From a virus (lineage: Duplodnaviria > Caudoviricetes): 64,000 nt of DNA. Below are positions 28,440 through 38,986 of this stretch, in pieces. The stretch lies in the IMG/VR virus record IMGVR_UViG_3300023047_000002, one strand, 5' to 3'. The position numbers were made by a program, and so were the translations under genes. The notes beneath the pieces are model-generated. The model ran no database searches, was not told the origin of the DNA, and saw only the letters and a program-made list of their open reading frames with translations. Each line of letters begins with the position of its first letter. Within the stretch, counting starts at the first letter, position 1.

Positions 28440-29582
28440 ATGAAAAAGGAAAAGTTTGAGACAAAAGAATTCATCACATTTGACACGGTATATGGCGACA
28501 ATCAGATAAACATCGACATACCACGTGAAAGATTTGACATTGAAAACTGCACGGTATGGCTCACATCGGAGCAGATAAGCGATATGTGCAATGTGACGGT
28601 CAACTTCATTAAGGCCACCCGTATAATGAAAAGCGGAGTGTTTGACGATGACACGTGTGTACGGTACGGAATGCCGGAGACGATGTACAACCTGTCTGTT
28701 TCACTCATGCTCCTACTAGAATACGCACCAACAGTTGCCAACAGATTCATCGCATTCGTTACTAAAAAACTCTGCGAACTCTACCTTGAAAACAGTCTCA
28801 AAGAGGAAGTCACTCTGAAAGAACTGCCGTTAAAAATGAAAGCCATCACGAACGAGTTCGAGAAGTTTAAAAAGAAAAACGAAGATTTGGAAGCACGGCT
28901 CAAACAAATGAGTGACGATATCGACTTGCTGAAACGAACAAGCAAACAATCAACTGACGATGTTATGAAAGTTCTTGAAACCAAAGTGAAGAAAGAAACT
29001 AACACAGACGCCGAGAAACTTCGACGTATCACCGAAAACGAAATGCAAAAGAGACTAAATCAGGAAAAGTTCTGTGATAACGTTGCCAACGACGAGTTTT
29101 TTACTGTTCCGGACTTCATGCACCTGCCATCCATCCAGAAGTTGTTCCTACTTAAAGGAATCAGTGACCAGTCACGATTATTCACCATGATTAAAAGTGT
29201 AATCACAACACAGGCCAACTACGGTGTTCGTGCAGAAATGTCCAAAACATTATGTATCTCTGCATACGAATCCAGTGAACTGTTCGACAAGATTATGTGC
29301 TCGTGGAAATCAGACAATCCAAGACCTATCGGTACGTTGGTTTCATTTCATTCAAAGGAAAAGATCGACAAGATTATTCGGCACGTAAAGACGTACACGT
29401 TTTATAGAGACGGTGAAACAAAGTACAACTGCCTTGCATCATACCCGTACAAACTTCTACGCGATGCCGTAAAAGCCGCAATACAATTCAACAAGTTCGA
29501 TGAAGTTCTGGACACGATAAAAAGCGTACTGGCAACGGATGATGAAATCGACAGCTTGGTAAAACAGTATCTCAACACATGA
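28440..29582 (+). CDS. Putative DNA-binding protein (RhuM/antirepressor-like N-terminus plus coiled coil)
   Basis: TVWLTSEQISDM..YNLSV..VANRF resembles the RhuM-type N-terminus; central coiled coil. Confidence 0.55.
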   Translation: MKKEKFETKEFITFDTVYGDNQINIDIPRERFDIENCTVWLTSEQISDMCNVTVNFIKATRIMKSGVFDDDTCVRYGMPETMYNLSVSLMLLLEYAPTVANRFIAFVTKKLCELYLENSLKEEVTLKELPLKMKAITNEFEKFKKKNEDLEARLKQMSDDIDLLKRTSKQSTDDVMKVLETKVKKETNTDAEKLRRITENEMQKRLNQEKFCDNVANDEFFTVPDFMHLPSIQKLFLLKGISDQSRLFTMIKSVITTQANYGVRAEMSKTLCISAYESSELFDKIMCSWKSDNPRPIGTLVSFHSKEKIDKIIRHVKTYTFYRDGETKYNCLASYPYKLLRDAVKAAIQFNKFDEVLDTIKSVLATDDEIDSLVKQYLNT

Positions 29583-29585
29583 TAC

Positions 29586-29619
29586 GAAAAAAGGCACTCA
29601 TTTGAGTGCCTTTTCTTTT
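29586..29619. terminator. Bidirectional terminator between convergent genes
   Basis: AAAAGGCACTCA-TT-TGAGTGCCTTTT; same stem as 42095-42130. Confidence 0.8.
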
Positions 29620-29622
29620 ACG

Positions 29623-30231
29623 CTATCGTTTACCATAGCGGCTTTCTTGCTTCTGACCAAACATCTCTCCAAACCATTCTTCCATATCAGAAGCATAACT
29701 GGAATAGAGATTACCATTGCCTTTCACTTTAGTACCTCGACATACTGCAATAACAGGGTATGCCTCATCATAAGTGAGTTGACCTCTGTAAGAGCTTGAG
29801 TCTTTGCACATTTTCCTTATGGCAACAGCAACAGGCGTGTCATGCCAGTACACGTAAAGACAATGCTGTATTACGTCTTTACGGTTTGAGCATGCCGAAG
29901 CATCCGTGTAATAAGTTTCAAGTGCAAACCTATGTTCCAGTGAAGACTTTCCGAACAATCGTTCCAAAACTTCGAACAAAGCATCCCACACATCGGTACG
30001 TTTTTTGTCGTTAAGGCACCCGAAAGCGGCCATGGCGTACATATAATCATAAGCATCTAAACCGAGAAGGTTCTCTTCCAACCATTCAGAAAACTCCTGA
30101 ACTGATTTGTCACGGAACTTCCATGCGAGCTTCACCAGATACTTAAAATTCTTAAAGTCCGTAGCATTTAAGTAAGAAGCACCTAACGATTCCTTACGAA
30201 TCAAAGATTTTCTCTTGTATGTAATAAGCAT
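29623..30231 (-). CDS. Hypothetical protein with basic terminal tags
   Basis: AGGAG RBS; MLITYKRKSLIRKES... and ...KQESRYGKR. Confidence 0.75.
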   Translation of the reverse strand: MLITYKRKSLIRKESLGASYLNATDFKNFKYLVKLAWKFRDKSVQEFSEWLEENLLGLDAYDYMYAMAAFGCLNDKKRTDVWDALFEVLERLFGKSSLEHRFALETYYTDASACSNRKDVIQHCLYVYWHDTPVAVAIRKMCKDSSSYRGQLTYDEAYPVIAVCRGTKVKGNGNLYSSYASDMEEWFGEMFGQKQESRYGKR

Positions 30232-30244
30232 ACAGCATCTCCTG

Positions 30245-30628
30245 TTAATCAAAGTTGTTGTTTTCAGGCTCTTCTCCACCTTCCTCTGGTACAGGTTCTT
30301 CTCCTTCTGGTGCAGCTTCTTCACCACCCTCACCACCTGTTTCTTCATCAGAACCGTTACCACTGTCTTCGGCATTCTCAGCTTCAGCTTCTGCAGCATC
30401 CAAGTCAATACCGATATTAGACAAGGCTTCTTCGATACGGTCAATAACTGCCTCACCTCGTGCAACACGGTCAGACAATGTGGACACAAGTTCCTGCAAC
30501 TGTGCAAGAACCACATCGAAACCCAACGAGACACGGTCAGAAGGCTGACTGTCTTCCATTGCACGTGTCTTCGTCAATGACTTAACGAAATCCTGTGAAG
30601 CAATTTCAAGTTTATCGTTTCTGTACAT
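30245..30628 (-). CDS. Very acidic small protein
   Basis: GGAG RBS; coiled coil followed by a Glu/Gly-rich tail. Confidence 0.75.
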   Translation of the reverse strand: MYRNDKLEIASQDFVKSLTKTRAMEDSQPSDRVSLGFDVVLAQLQELVSTLSDRVARGEAVIDRIEEALSNIGIDLDAAEAEAENAEDSGNGSDEETGGEGGEEAAPEGEEPVPEEGGEEPENNNFD

Positions 30629-30747
30629 AATGAAATCTCCAAATCATGTGCAAAAGGTGCACATGATTTGACTATTGTGCACCATAGGTTCTTTCTGTTA
30701 GATACAAGACAGTACTAATCCATATTCTCCCAACCATAATCGCCTTT

Positions 30748-30837
30748 GTGAACTACCAACCGCCTAAAGGCGGTTGGCTTCAGGTTTCATCAAACAAGAC
30801 TTAGCTTTCTTCGTAATTGAATACTTACCATGGCACT
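30748..30837 (-). mobile_element. Partial TnpB-type omegaRNA/right end overlapping the 3' end of 30790..31254
   Basis: GAAGAAAGCTAAGTCTTGTTTGATGAAACCTGAAGCCAACCGCCTTTAGGCGGTTGGTAGTTCAC aligns with 56889-56954. Confidence 0.75.
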
Positions 30838-31254
30838 TGATCGTTCATATTTACGTGTTCTACTGCGAACAAATCTGGATTCCAAAGCACATTCAGAACC
30901 GCAACCGACGAGATCAGTCACTTTATCCAGAAGGTCACGTGACGTCCAACGAACCTTGCCGATAAGAACGTAGTCACCGCCCTCATCCTGTGGAGCAGCA
31001 AAGCATTTCGCCCAAACATTGTCGATTTCTACTTCACAGAACAACCCGTCCATGTAGTCGTCATCCGACGTGTTTCTTACAGTAACATACCCATAAGATT
31101 CATGTGGGATGACTTCCCATTTGTCGCCATCGGAGAAACTGTCAACGATGTTCAATGCCTGACAGATGTCCTGTGCCACATCAAGACGCCACTTAGCATC
31201 TTGTGCTTCTGATTCCTTACAAAAAACTCTATTTTTTAAGACCGGTTTTAACAT
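30790..31254 (-). CDS. Hypothetical protein with basic terminal tags
   Basis: AGGAGGA RBS; MLKPVLKNRVFCKES... and ...ALESRFVRSRTRKYER. Confidence 0.75.
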   Translation of the reverse strand: MLKPVLKNRVFCKESEAQDAKWRLDVAQDICQALNIVDSFSDGDKWEVIPHESYGYVTVRNTSDDDYMDGLFCEVEIDNVWAKCFAAPQDEGGDYVLIGKVRWTSRDLLDKVTDLVGCGSECALESRFVRSRTRKYERSSAMVSIQLRRKLSLV

Positions 31255-31957
31255 CGATTCCTCCTTGTGGAACAAATTCCTCCCGTGGTGCGTGCACCTC
31301 AAGATCTGTAATAATACCTTTTGATTTGTCAGTATCTTTAACCTTAACGTGAATACCCATATCGTCAACCTGATACCTGCGATATTTACGGAAGATCCAA
31401 GCACGCAACGTTAATGACAAGGTAGCGCGATAAAAAGGTGTGTGCTCATCGAAATTGTCCAAATCAGAATTATCCTGAACACCATCAAAAAGCAAATGAA
31501 CGCTCATACCATCAATGATAGCGTCATCTGCATCGAACGTAAGGTATGGGAAACGCAAAAGATTTTCCTGTGCTTCAACGACAAGCTCATCAAAGTTATC
31601 CCTGTCAAGAGCGAGAATCTCAAGGTCGTACTTTAACTCATACGAACTATTCACAATGGTAAGGTCATCAGGATATCCATGCGAGGCTATCTGCTCAGGA
31701 GACATCATGTTCGTTCTTCTATCACCTGTCTTTAACTGTGAATACGTATTGTTGTCTTTATAAATCACAGGACATTGTGTTCTACGAAGAATCAGAACTG
31801 GAAATGAAATGTCCTGCCCCTCATAAATATTATTGTCACGTATTTCAGCGATGGAAATGCTCGCACGATTCACCCATACCGTGTTTGGATAAAAGAACTG
31901 AAACCGACGAAGAAGTCCCATATCGTAATCACGGATATCGACAATTTTACGTGCCAT
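31229..31957 (-). CDS. Tail completion/sheath-stabiliser protein (gp15-like)
   Basis: IRDYD.GL, FPVLILRR, YELKYDLEI...D.L..E pattern; near the neck gene. Confidence 0.6.
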   Translation of the reverse strand: MARKIVDIRDYDMGLLRRFQFFYPNTVWVNRASISIAEIRDNNIYEGQDISFPVLILRRTQCPVIYKDNNTYSQLKTGDRRTNMMSPEQIASHGYPDDLTIVNSSYELKYDLEILALDRDNFDELVVEAQENLLRFPYLTFDADDAIIDGMSVHLLFDGVQDNSDLDNFDEHTPFYRATLSLTLRAWIFRKYRRYQVDDMGIHVKVKDTDKSKGIITDLEVHAPREEFVPQGGIDVKTGLKK

Positions 31958-31972
31958 TTTTAACTCCTAAAC

Positions 31973-32079
31973 AAACACGTCCGTAAAGGGGTCTAGAATG
32001 CGTTATACGCGATTTTTTATTATAGACGTGTACTTACTAGGGTAAGGTCGTAACTTTTCAGTACGACGTAAATTTGAGG
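31973..32079. repeat. 107-bp intergenic element, copy 2
   Basis: Ungapped match to 20213-20319. Confidence 0.9.
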
Positions 32080-32189
32080 CCCATATAAAGAAAAATCCCC
32101 GTGACGGAGAACACAGGGATTTTTCTTTAAACACGCAAGAGGACTGCATACTAAATTAGATATGCATCTCACGTCTTGTTCTGTTCCGA

Positions 32190-35100
32190 TTAACGCTTTT
32201 CCCAAGGTAATCTTAAACTGTTTTGAAGATATCCAGGGAATCCATCTATGGCATCAATCACATTGAGCCACAAATCACGCAAATCTTTGAACAGACCTTC
32301 AAGATCAGAATCAAGATGTAAAGAGTCCGCAAGGAGATCTATCTGCTCAAGGTCTAAATCAAACATGGCCTCAACAGTACCATCTATACGCTCAACTTCC
32401 TCATACATCTCTTCAAAGTCCTGCATCGACACTTTTCCACGACCTTTGAGAAGATCCAAATACGTTGGAAGTGACGAATCATCGTTAATCTCGAAAGAAG
32501 CATCACCATAACCTAACCGTGAAGCATCGCAGGAATATTGTTTTTCATTAAAAGAATCCTCAATCTGGTCAAGACAATCAAGAATATCTGACGCATAGAA
32601 CGCCAGTTCTTCATTATCTTTCTTGTTATCCTGAACCCAATCACGGCAATTGCGAATACTCGACTCAATGTAGTAAGGCATCTCACTTCCCTTTCCACCA
32701 CGATTCGAATTGTCACGGATAAAGATAGCAACAGGGTCATCCACGATAGAATCATCAAATCGCTTAAAAGCATCGAACAAGTCTTCCATATCATCACGCA
32801 GTTCTTTCTTCTCAGACGGAGTAAGGAACTGACGGCGAGATGTGGTGTGCTTTTTAATATATCGCATGTCGCGAAGAAGCTGCTGAATGTAATTGTCATT
32901 CAACTTTACCCACCCATCTGCACAACGCTCTCTGAAAGCATTTACATCAGAAGCAGTTATCTCTTCCTCAATGGTAGGGAGACCATTCATGTTTACCCAT
33001 TCAAGCAACTCCTGAATAGGATAATCTTCATATTTGCTGTATATCATTGCTTCATTACGTCCTTTACTGTTCCTGTTACGTAAATATTTACGTGTACGGC
33101 TCTCGAACACGTTCACATTAACCATATTACGAATACTTGCTGAATCGTCAATATCTATTCCATCAACAAGGTCAATGCACTCACCGAATGCAGCACAAGC
33201 ACAACGTATAAGGAATTTTAACCCTTCCACTTGTTTGTCTGCATCGACTTCACGGCACATCGCAGTCGCATTATACACGTTATCAACGAGAGAACATCCA
33301 TAAGCACGACCACGGGTTTTTACCAAGCCTGAGAACACACGGTCAATATGCTCTCCGAGTTTCTTGCGACCCACACTCTGAACACCATTAACCTGTCCAA
33401 GACTTACGGATACACAGAACGGAATGAGGTCATGTTTTGCCTGTGGGTCATCAAGACTGCCAATATACGGCGCGGCGATTTTAATGCTTAATGAACAACT
33501 CCAATCAGGTGCGTTCGCTCCACGTCCGCTGACATTGTAACTTACTTTTCCGCCACGCAATGGTTTTCCGCTCTTTCCGATTTCAGGTTCACGTCGTGCA
33601 AATCCACCGAACGACACAGATATACCACCATAAACAGCGTGTTCAGTGTCGAATCCGTAATCCTCACGTGAGGGATCACCCATCCAAGCATCCGCAAAAT
33701 TTCTTCCTGTTGCTTTAGAACCTTTACCTTGGAAATCAGACTGAATGGCAATAATCATATCAGTCGCATCCTGTTTATTCAGGGCTTCCTCACGGCCAAC
33801 AACCTTAGTCGATCCTTGACCACCGGTCACCTCAGTAAGAGTTGAGATGTACGCATTTGCTTCTTGCTCAGCTATTGCACGGTAAGAAGACTGTTCCCAT
33901 TCAAGCCGCTTTCCAGGTCCGCCTGTTCTTGCACGTTTTCCAGTTTCAGGGTCTTTTGGAGAATCGCCCGTAATACGTGCTGCGGCATCGTGTTTGGAAG
34001 GATCGTCCAAAAGGTCATCAAAGTCCATTCCGTGAGCGTGCGATCCTACGCCATGCTCAAGTTCTTTTGTATCGATGTCACCAAACACAACAGGAAGAAT
34101 ATCTGCCAGTTCAGGATTATCACGAAGAATAGACAGACGAACCGAATCGGCAGTATCGTTATCATTCAGAGGGTGTAAAATCTCAAGAAGCTCTTCCTGA
34201 GAAATAACATCGTTCTTAACAGCTGCAATCATCAGCTTCTTGAGATTACCCATTGCTACACGCTTGTTCGAGAAGTCAGTAACGATGAGTGAATCAGAAT
34301 CCTTTGGCTGTGCAACATCCGTACTGCTTACATGCGATTTCCAATCATCACCATACTGAGCTTTCAATGTGGCGAGACGTTGTTTCGATGTAGATGACGG
34401 TTTAAGATTGCTTTTACGAGGAACTTGTCCTGTCTTCAGGAATCGAACATAGATCTTAATTTCTTCAATGAGAGGGATGTTTCCTTTCTGGTCAGGCATG
34501 ATACTGATACCGTAAACACGACGGTCAACAAGTACCTGATTACCGTTATCATCAACGTCATAGATTTCTTCAACGTCTCCGTCATTAAATCCCTCTAACG
34601 TCTTACGCAGATGACGCACTCTTGTTTTGCGTTCATGTACGCCGAGCTGATCAGCGATTTTTACAAAAACGGATGGGCGTATGTGTTTTGCAACCACTTT
34701 TTCGCCTTTGTCTGTTATGCAGAACAGACCGCTTTTGTCGATACCGATCTGGACGTAATGATCAATACCAAAGTTAGATCTGCCCATCACATCAATATAG
34801 CATTGTCCGTAGCTGCGAACAAATTTGCAAAGACCCATAAGCGTTGCATCACCGGCACTTTCGCATTTACGAATAGTTCCGGTCTTAACGGCACACTCAC
34901 GTCTTCCACGTCCTCCGTCAATTTGGTTCAATGCTTTAGTAATGAAATTCTTTGTCGAATCACTGACTTTCCAGTCTGACATTCGTGGACTCTGCATCTC
35001 AAAGAAACCTAAGTTTCCTCCACGACCATTAAAAGTGTCCGCAATAGCAACACGCATCGTTACAGACCACATACCCGTATTGAGTGCATCACGAACTGTC

Positions 35101-35297
35101 TTTTCCAAGGATTTCAAAAACGACTTGTATGCCTTGTCCTGAGCATTAAAGTCTCTTTGAGACAAAGACAGTTTTTTAATAACACGACTGGATTCCCCCT
35201 CACATACGATGAACTGATACTCACAGTCCATGAAGTAATCCATCTTTCGTGCGTTTAACTCACGGTAAATAAAGTCAAGAAACTCTTTAAATTTCAT
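32190..35297 (-). CDS. 1035-aa multidomain protein with internal basic..Glu linkers (candidate head polyprotein)
   Basis: RGRRECAVKTGTIRKCES; VHERKTRVRHLRKTLEG; VFESRTRKYLRNRNSKGRNEA. Confidence 0.75.
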   Translation of the reverse strand: MKFKEFLDFIYRELNARKMDYFMDCEYQFIVCEGESSRVIKKLSLSQRDFNAQDKAYKSFLKSLEKTVRDALNTGMWSVTMRVAIADTFNGRGGNLGFFEMQSPRMSDWKVSDSTKNFITKALNQIDGGRGRRECAVKTGTIRKCESAGDATLMGLCKFVRSYGQCYIDVMGRSNFGIDHYVQIGIDKSGLFCITDKGEKVVAKHIRPSVFVKIADQLGVHERKTRVRHLRKTLEGFNDGDVEEIYDVDDNGNQVLVDRRVYGISIMPDQKGNIPLIEEIKIYVRFLKTGQVPRKSNLKPSSTSKQRLATLKAQYGDDWKSHVSSTDVAQPKDSDSLIVTDFSNKRVAMGNLKKLMIAAVKNDVISQEELLEILHPLNDNDTADSVRLSILRDNPELADILPVVFGDIDTKELEHGVGSHAHGMDFDDLLDDPSKHDAAARITGDSPKDPETGKRARTGGPGKRLEWEQSSYRAIAEQEANAYISTLTEVTGGQGSTKVVGREEALNKQDATDMIIAIQSDFQGKGSKATGRNFADAWMGDPSREDYGFDTEHAVYGGISVSFGGFARREPEIGKSGKPLRGGKVSYNVSGRGANAPDWSCSLSIKIAAPYIGSLDDPQAKHDLIPFCVSVSLGQVNGVQSVGRKKLGEHIDRVFSGLVKTRGRAYGCSLVDNVYNATAMCREVDADKQVEGLKFLIRCACAAFGECIDLVDGIDIDDSASIRNMVNVNVFESRTRKYLRNRNSKGRNEAMIYSKYEDYPIQELLEWVNMNGLPTIEEEITASDVNAFRERCADGWVKLNDNYIQQLLRDMRYIKKHTTSRRQFLTPSEKKELRDDMEDLFDAFKRFDDSIVDDPVAIFIRDNSNRGGKGSEMPYYIESSIRNCRDWVQDNKKDNEELAFYASDILDCLDQIEDSFNEKQYSCDASRLGYGDASFEINDDSSLPTYLDLLKGRGKVSMQDFEEMYEEVERIDGTVEAMFDLDLEQIDLLADSLHLDSDLEGLFKDLRDLWLNVIDAIDGFPGYLQNSLRLPWEKR

Positions 35298-35302
35298 AAT
35301 CC

Positions 35303-35989
35303 TTACCTCATGCAGTAGAACAAGCTGTGTGACACTGTGCCGAGCTTCTGTTCCAACTCGTTTATTGCACTGTTACCCTCAGACAGAAGGTCCGACGAAG
35401 ACAATGTGACCGGCGAACCCTGGATAGTCACTTTTGAATAGATACGACCGAGTATCAATTTGGTCAATGCAAGAGAATACTCAAAACACCAATTGACATA
35501 GTTTTCTGGCATATTCTCTACGCTTTTTTCTGTGATTGCCTCTACAGTATAAGGCGGTTTTTGACCATCAATGTATAACGTATCACCTGCCAAACGAAAC
35601 CCGATATCGTCAACGGTTTCTTCAAGAGTGTTATATAACGTCTGTGCAAGTAACGACTGTTGAAGACCATTTGAGAACGCCGTACTGTTACCAAGGCTGC
35701 CATAGTACATATTCATCTGAATAATGTCCGTAGTAGCCTGATAATTTGATTGTGCATACGTACCTGACGGAGAATGCACACGCAAAACAGCATAGACAAG
35801 TTTATCGGTAAATTTAACAGTGGAAGACACTACCGTGAATACATCAACTGAATTGAGATAAGGTGCTACTTTTCGTATAGCGATGTCACATTGTTGACTT
35901 ATTACGTCATCGCCTATCTCGATGTTCACGACAGGCCAGCCTAGACGTGTCTTAATCTCGTTCACCCATCTTGCACGGTCTAAAAGCAT
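35303..35989 (-). CDS. Neck protein (T4 gp13-like head-tail adaptor)
   Basis: IKTRLGWPVVNIEI..Q..IAI; W..EY.LAL.K.ILGRIYSK..GSPVTL....L.EG..I.ELE. Confidence 0.85.
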   Translation of the reverse strand: MLLDRARWVNEIKTRLGWPVVNIEIGDDVISQQCDIAIRKVAPYLNSVDVFTVVSSTVKFTDKLVYAVLRVHSPSGTYAQSNYQATTDIIQMNMYYGSLGNSTAFSNGLQQSLLAQTLYNTLEETVDDIGFRLAGDTLYIDGQKPPYTVEAITEKSVENMPENYVNWCFEYSLALTKLILGRIYSKVTIQGSPVTLSSSDLLSEGNSAINELEQKLGTVSHSLFYCMR

Positions 35990-36109
35990 TTGTACTCTCC
36001 TGGAAAGGAACTAACATAAGTATCCTTGTTTTTTGATACAACAAAGCCACCATGAATGAAGCACGGTGGCTTTGACATAACAGGAATAACTTAAAACAGC
36101 GTACCTCAC

Positions 36110-36532
36110 TTATTTCAAAAGTTTGTGAACCTCGCGTTCATTGCAGACCAACTCAAACATGGTTGTCGTCACATAATCGCAACGATCTTCAAGCTCTGTG
36201 ATGATGGTTACATTATCACATGTACCATAATCTGAAACGAAATCTTCAAAAGATTCATCGTCCTCAAACAGATACGCAGTTACTCCATACACCTCATCAT
36301 CACCCTCACCGGACAGGATGCATAACCTTAAATGTTCATCAGCATCTGCTACACTCAAAGCACGAACAGTATCGGAAACGGCATCATTGAAACAATCGCA
36401 TAACCATTCGTCAAACATGGATGGCGAAAGGCATACATCGTTACGACATGCAAGAACATACGGCTGATCACCTGCATCAACATCCAGCATATCCAGTATC
36501 TTACGTACAACAGAATCTTCATTGCGTGACAT
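36110..36532 (-). CDS. Acidic hypothetical protein
   Basis: 140-aa ORF with GGAG RBS. Confidence 0.7.
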   Translation of the reverse strand: MSRNEDSVVRKILDMLDVDAGDQPYVLACRNDVCLSPSMFDEWLCDCFNDAVSDTVRALSVADADEHLRLCILSGEGDDEVYGVTAYLFEDDESFEDFVSDYGTCDNVTIITELEDRCDYVTTTMFELVCNEREVHKLLK

Positions 36533-36549
36533 AACGGGACTCCAAACGA

Positions 36550-37047
36550 TTAAAGATTCTTTGCGGCTTTGAGCATGTCTTTTCGGCTCATACCATCAGT
36601 GTCGATACCCTTTGACGCGAGATACGCAGCGAGTTCGTCCTTTTTCATCATGAAAATCTCTTTCTTAGGGGATTCTTCGTGTGCTTTATTAACTTCAGCG
36701 TTCTTTGAATCCATATCAGAGGTTTCTTCCGATGAAACCTGTTCTACTGTATCCGTAACTTCTTCAACACTCTGATGTTCTTCAGACGAAACAGTTTCAG
36801 CAACAGTATCAATCGGTGTTTCGTTAGGTACCATGTCGTTCTCTACTGGTTTATGTAAGGCATTTCCGTTATCAGAAATTGCGGAAATAACCTTTACAGA
36901 GAACGCATTGTTGCGTTGAAGCTCACGAAGCATATCATCCGTAAGGTTCATTCTGACCTGAATCCCTGCGGGGAAAATATACCGTTTTCCACCAACCCAC
37001 ACGCCTGTCTTAACACGACGTAAATTCTTAACCTCTGCTTTTACCAT
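36550..37047 (-). CDS. Hypothetical protein with C-terminal SAP/Rho-N-like helix-extension-helix
   Basis: MKKDELAAYLASKGIDTDGMSRKDML. Confidence 0.65.
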   Translation of the reverse strand: MVKAEVKNLRRVKTGVWVGGKRYIFPAGIQVRMNLTDDMLRELQRNNAFSVKVISAISDNGNALHKPVENDMVPNETPIDTVAETVSSEEHQSVEEVTDTVEQVSSEETSDMDSKNAEVNKAHEESPKKEIFMMKKDELAAYLASKGIDTDGMSRKDMLKAAKNL

Positions 37048-37200
37048 AGCAATGATTCCTTTACATAATACAACATTTGAAACAGATTACGGACTGCTTT
37101 TCAAGCCGTCTTCAAACTTCTTCAAATATAGATATAACGCAAACACAGATACGATGACACGCGAATAGCAAACACCTGTCCCATACGCCTACTTGGTAGT

Positions 37201-38946
37201 TCACTTAATTCGTTGCAGCATCACGCAAGCACCTGTATAACCATTTGGCACGTAGTCCTCATAAGAACTGTTGTAGGAACTCACACAGCTTAGTAATTTG
37301 TATTTACCTGACGATAGATACGCGTAATTAGGTGCACCGCCTCCATTGCCTTGGGTTGCAGTACTCAGCGGTACATAAGTACTTGTACCATTAGAATCAG
37401 AACCTGGTTTAAATGTGGCATAATACCATGCGCCTCTTTCAGGATCATTTTCGTAGTCATTTGTATGTGCAAATGGCTGTTCGGTCTCCCAATTACTTGG
37501 CGTAACCACGTCAATAATCTTACCTGCGGGTTGTGGGTTACCGAAAATACTTCTTAAAGTTGCCCAACACGGAATTGCCATTATTATTGACCCAATTTCT
37601 ACCTTGAATAAAGGCGGCTCAGTATATTCATTCTCGCCAGGAAATGTTGGATGATCCGCTGTCGGTACATATTCAGGCGAAACGAGTTCGCCATGTAATT
37701 TACCACACGTAATAGGCGGTTTTTTGTCAGTGCCAGTTGTAGGCTCTAGTCTAATTCCAAAACCGGCATCAAAACCACCAATCTTAAGACCACCAGAAAT
37801 GGCATCCATAACGATTTGGCGTGTGTCGTTATCGGCCATCAATGTTATACCTGATGTACATTGAAGGTTATCAGTATAAATCTTACGCCATTTGTATGAG
37901 CTGCTGCCTAAGTCGTACAAAGCATTAACTGTTGGTATTAAACTACCTTGCATTGACAGAAGTCCTGAACCTCCTGTGGATAGATAGCCAGTGCCAAAGT
38001 CAATGCTATCTGTATAAACGCTTATGAACCTTCTGTCGTAATCACCTAATCGAATATTACTACCATCAGGTAAAATGGATCTGGTTATTGTTATACCAGA
38101 TCTTCCAGCGGCTAGACTTTCACATGTGAGTTCACCGCATGTGATTTGAGGGAAATCCGCACTGAATGTGACGTGAAGTGTTTTGATGTATGCGACTTCC
38201 CACGGATCTTCTTCAGTTCCAAGACCCGAGACATTAGCGTGAGGATCCGGTTTGAGTGTGGTTGCACATACAGTAATGGCACCGATATGATCAACGCCGT
38301 TCTCCACCCACGTGTTTCGGATACCTTGTGTAGAGACGTTTCCCCACGGATGCTCCTGATCACCAAGCCATGATGAGGTCGTTTCGGGGATAATATTGGC
38401 ATCGACGGTCATATCACCGCCCACAAAACCTGTCCCTAACTCATACTGATCGATGTAAGCATCATTAAGAACCACATAATCTTGGAATATCTTTTCTCCC
38501 TTAATCTCTTGAGTATCGCCATCAGACGGATTCCAATCATTCAGCAAGGAAGACAATACATTTCTGTCAAGGGACACATCTCCAAATGTGATCTTATTAC
38601 AGGTAATGTTGCCGATATCTGCATAACCCAAGGTCGCAGTTGTTCCATAAAGGTCAGTCAAATAAACATCGGACACTCCAAGCCGTCCCTTTTCGTCACC
38701 TTTATCAAGAATTTCTACTTTATGTGCTTTCAGCGTATTCAGATTTAGATCTTCTTTAGTCTCTTTCATACTGCGTATAAATGCGGCTGTCAGAAACTCA
38801 TCACCAACCCAAAGATTTTCCCCGACGTGAAGATCTCCGGTACACGAAATCTCATAGCTTGAAATGTTGGTGGCAGTTAAAGTACCAAGACTCATTTCAT
38901 AAACTTCATCTTGCGGATTCCATGTAATCAATTTCACTGTACGCAT
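37201..38946 (-). CDS. Tail fibre/spike-like protein
   Basis: Repeated IIP/ILP..LG....W..(IY) units; ATG 38946 with GGAGG RBS. Confidence 0.65.
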   Translation of the reverse strand: MRTVKLITWNPQDEVYEMSLGTLTATNISSYEISCTGDLHVGENLWVGDEFLTAAFIRSMKETKEDLNLNTLKAHKVEILDKGDEKGRLGVSDVYLTDLYGTTATLGYADIGNITCNKITFGDVSLDRNVLSSLLNDWNPSDGDTQEIKGEKIFQDYVVLNDAYIDQYELGTGFVGGDMTVDANIIPETTSSWLGDQEHPWGNVSTQGIRNTWVENGVDHIGAITVCATTLKPDPHANVSGLGTEEDPWEVAYIKTLHVTFSADFPQITCGELTCESLAAGRSGITITRSILPDGSNIRLGDYDRRFISVYTDSIDFGTGYLSTGGSGLLSMQGSLIPTVNALYDLGSSSYKWRKIYTDNLQCTSGITLMADNDTRQIVMDAISGGLKIGGFDAGFGIRLEPTTGTDKKPPITCGKLHGELVSPEYVPTADHPTFPGENEYTEPPLFKVEIGSIIMAIPCWATLRSIFGNPQPAGKIIDVVTPSNWETEQPFAHTNDYENDPERGAWYYATFKPGSDSNGTSTYVPLSTATQGNGGGAPNYAYLSSGKYKLLSCVSSYNSSYEDYVPNGYTGACVMLQRIK

Positions 38947-38986
38947 AAAACCTCCATAAGTACATAAGACTGTGATTTGATACACA

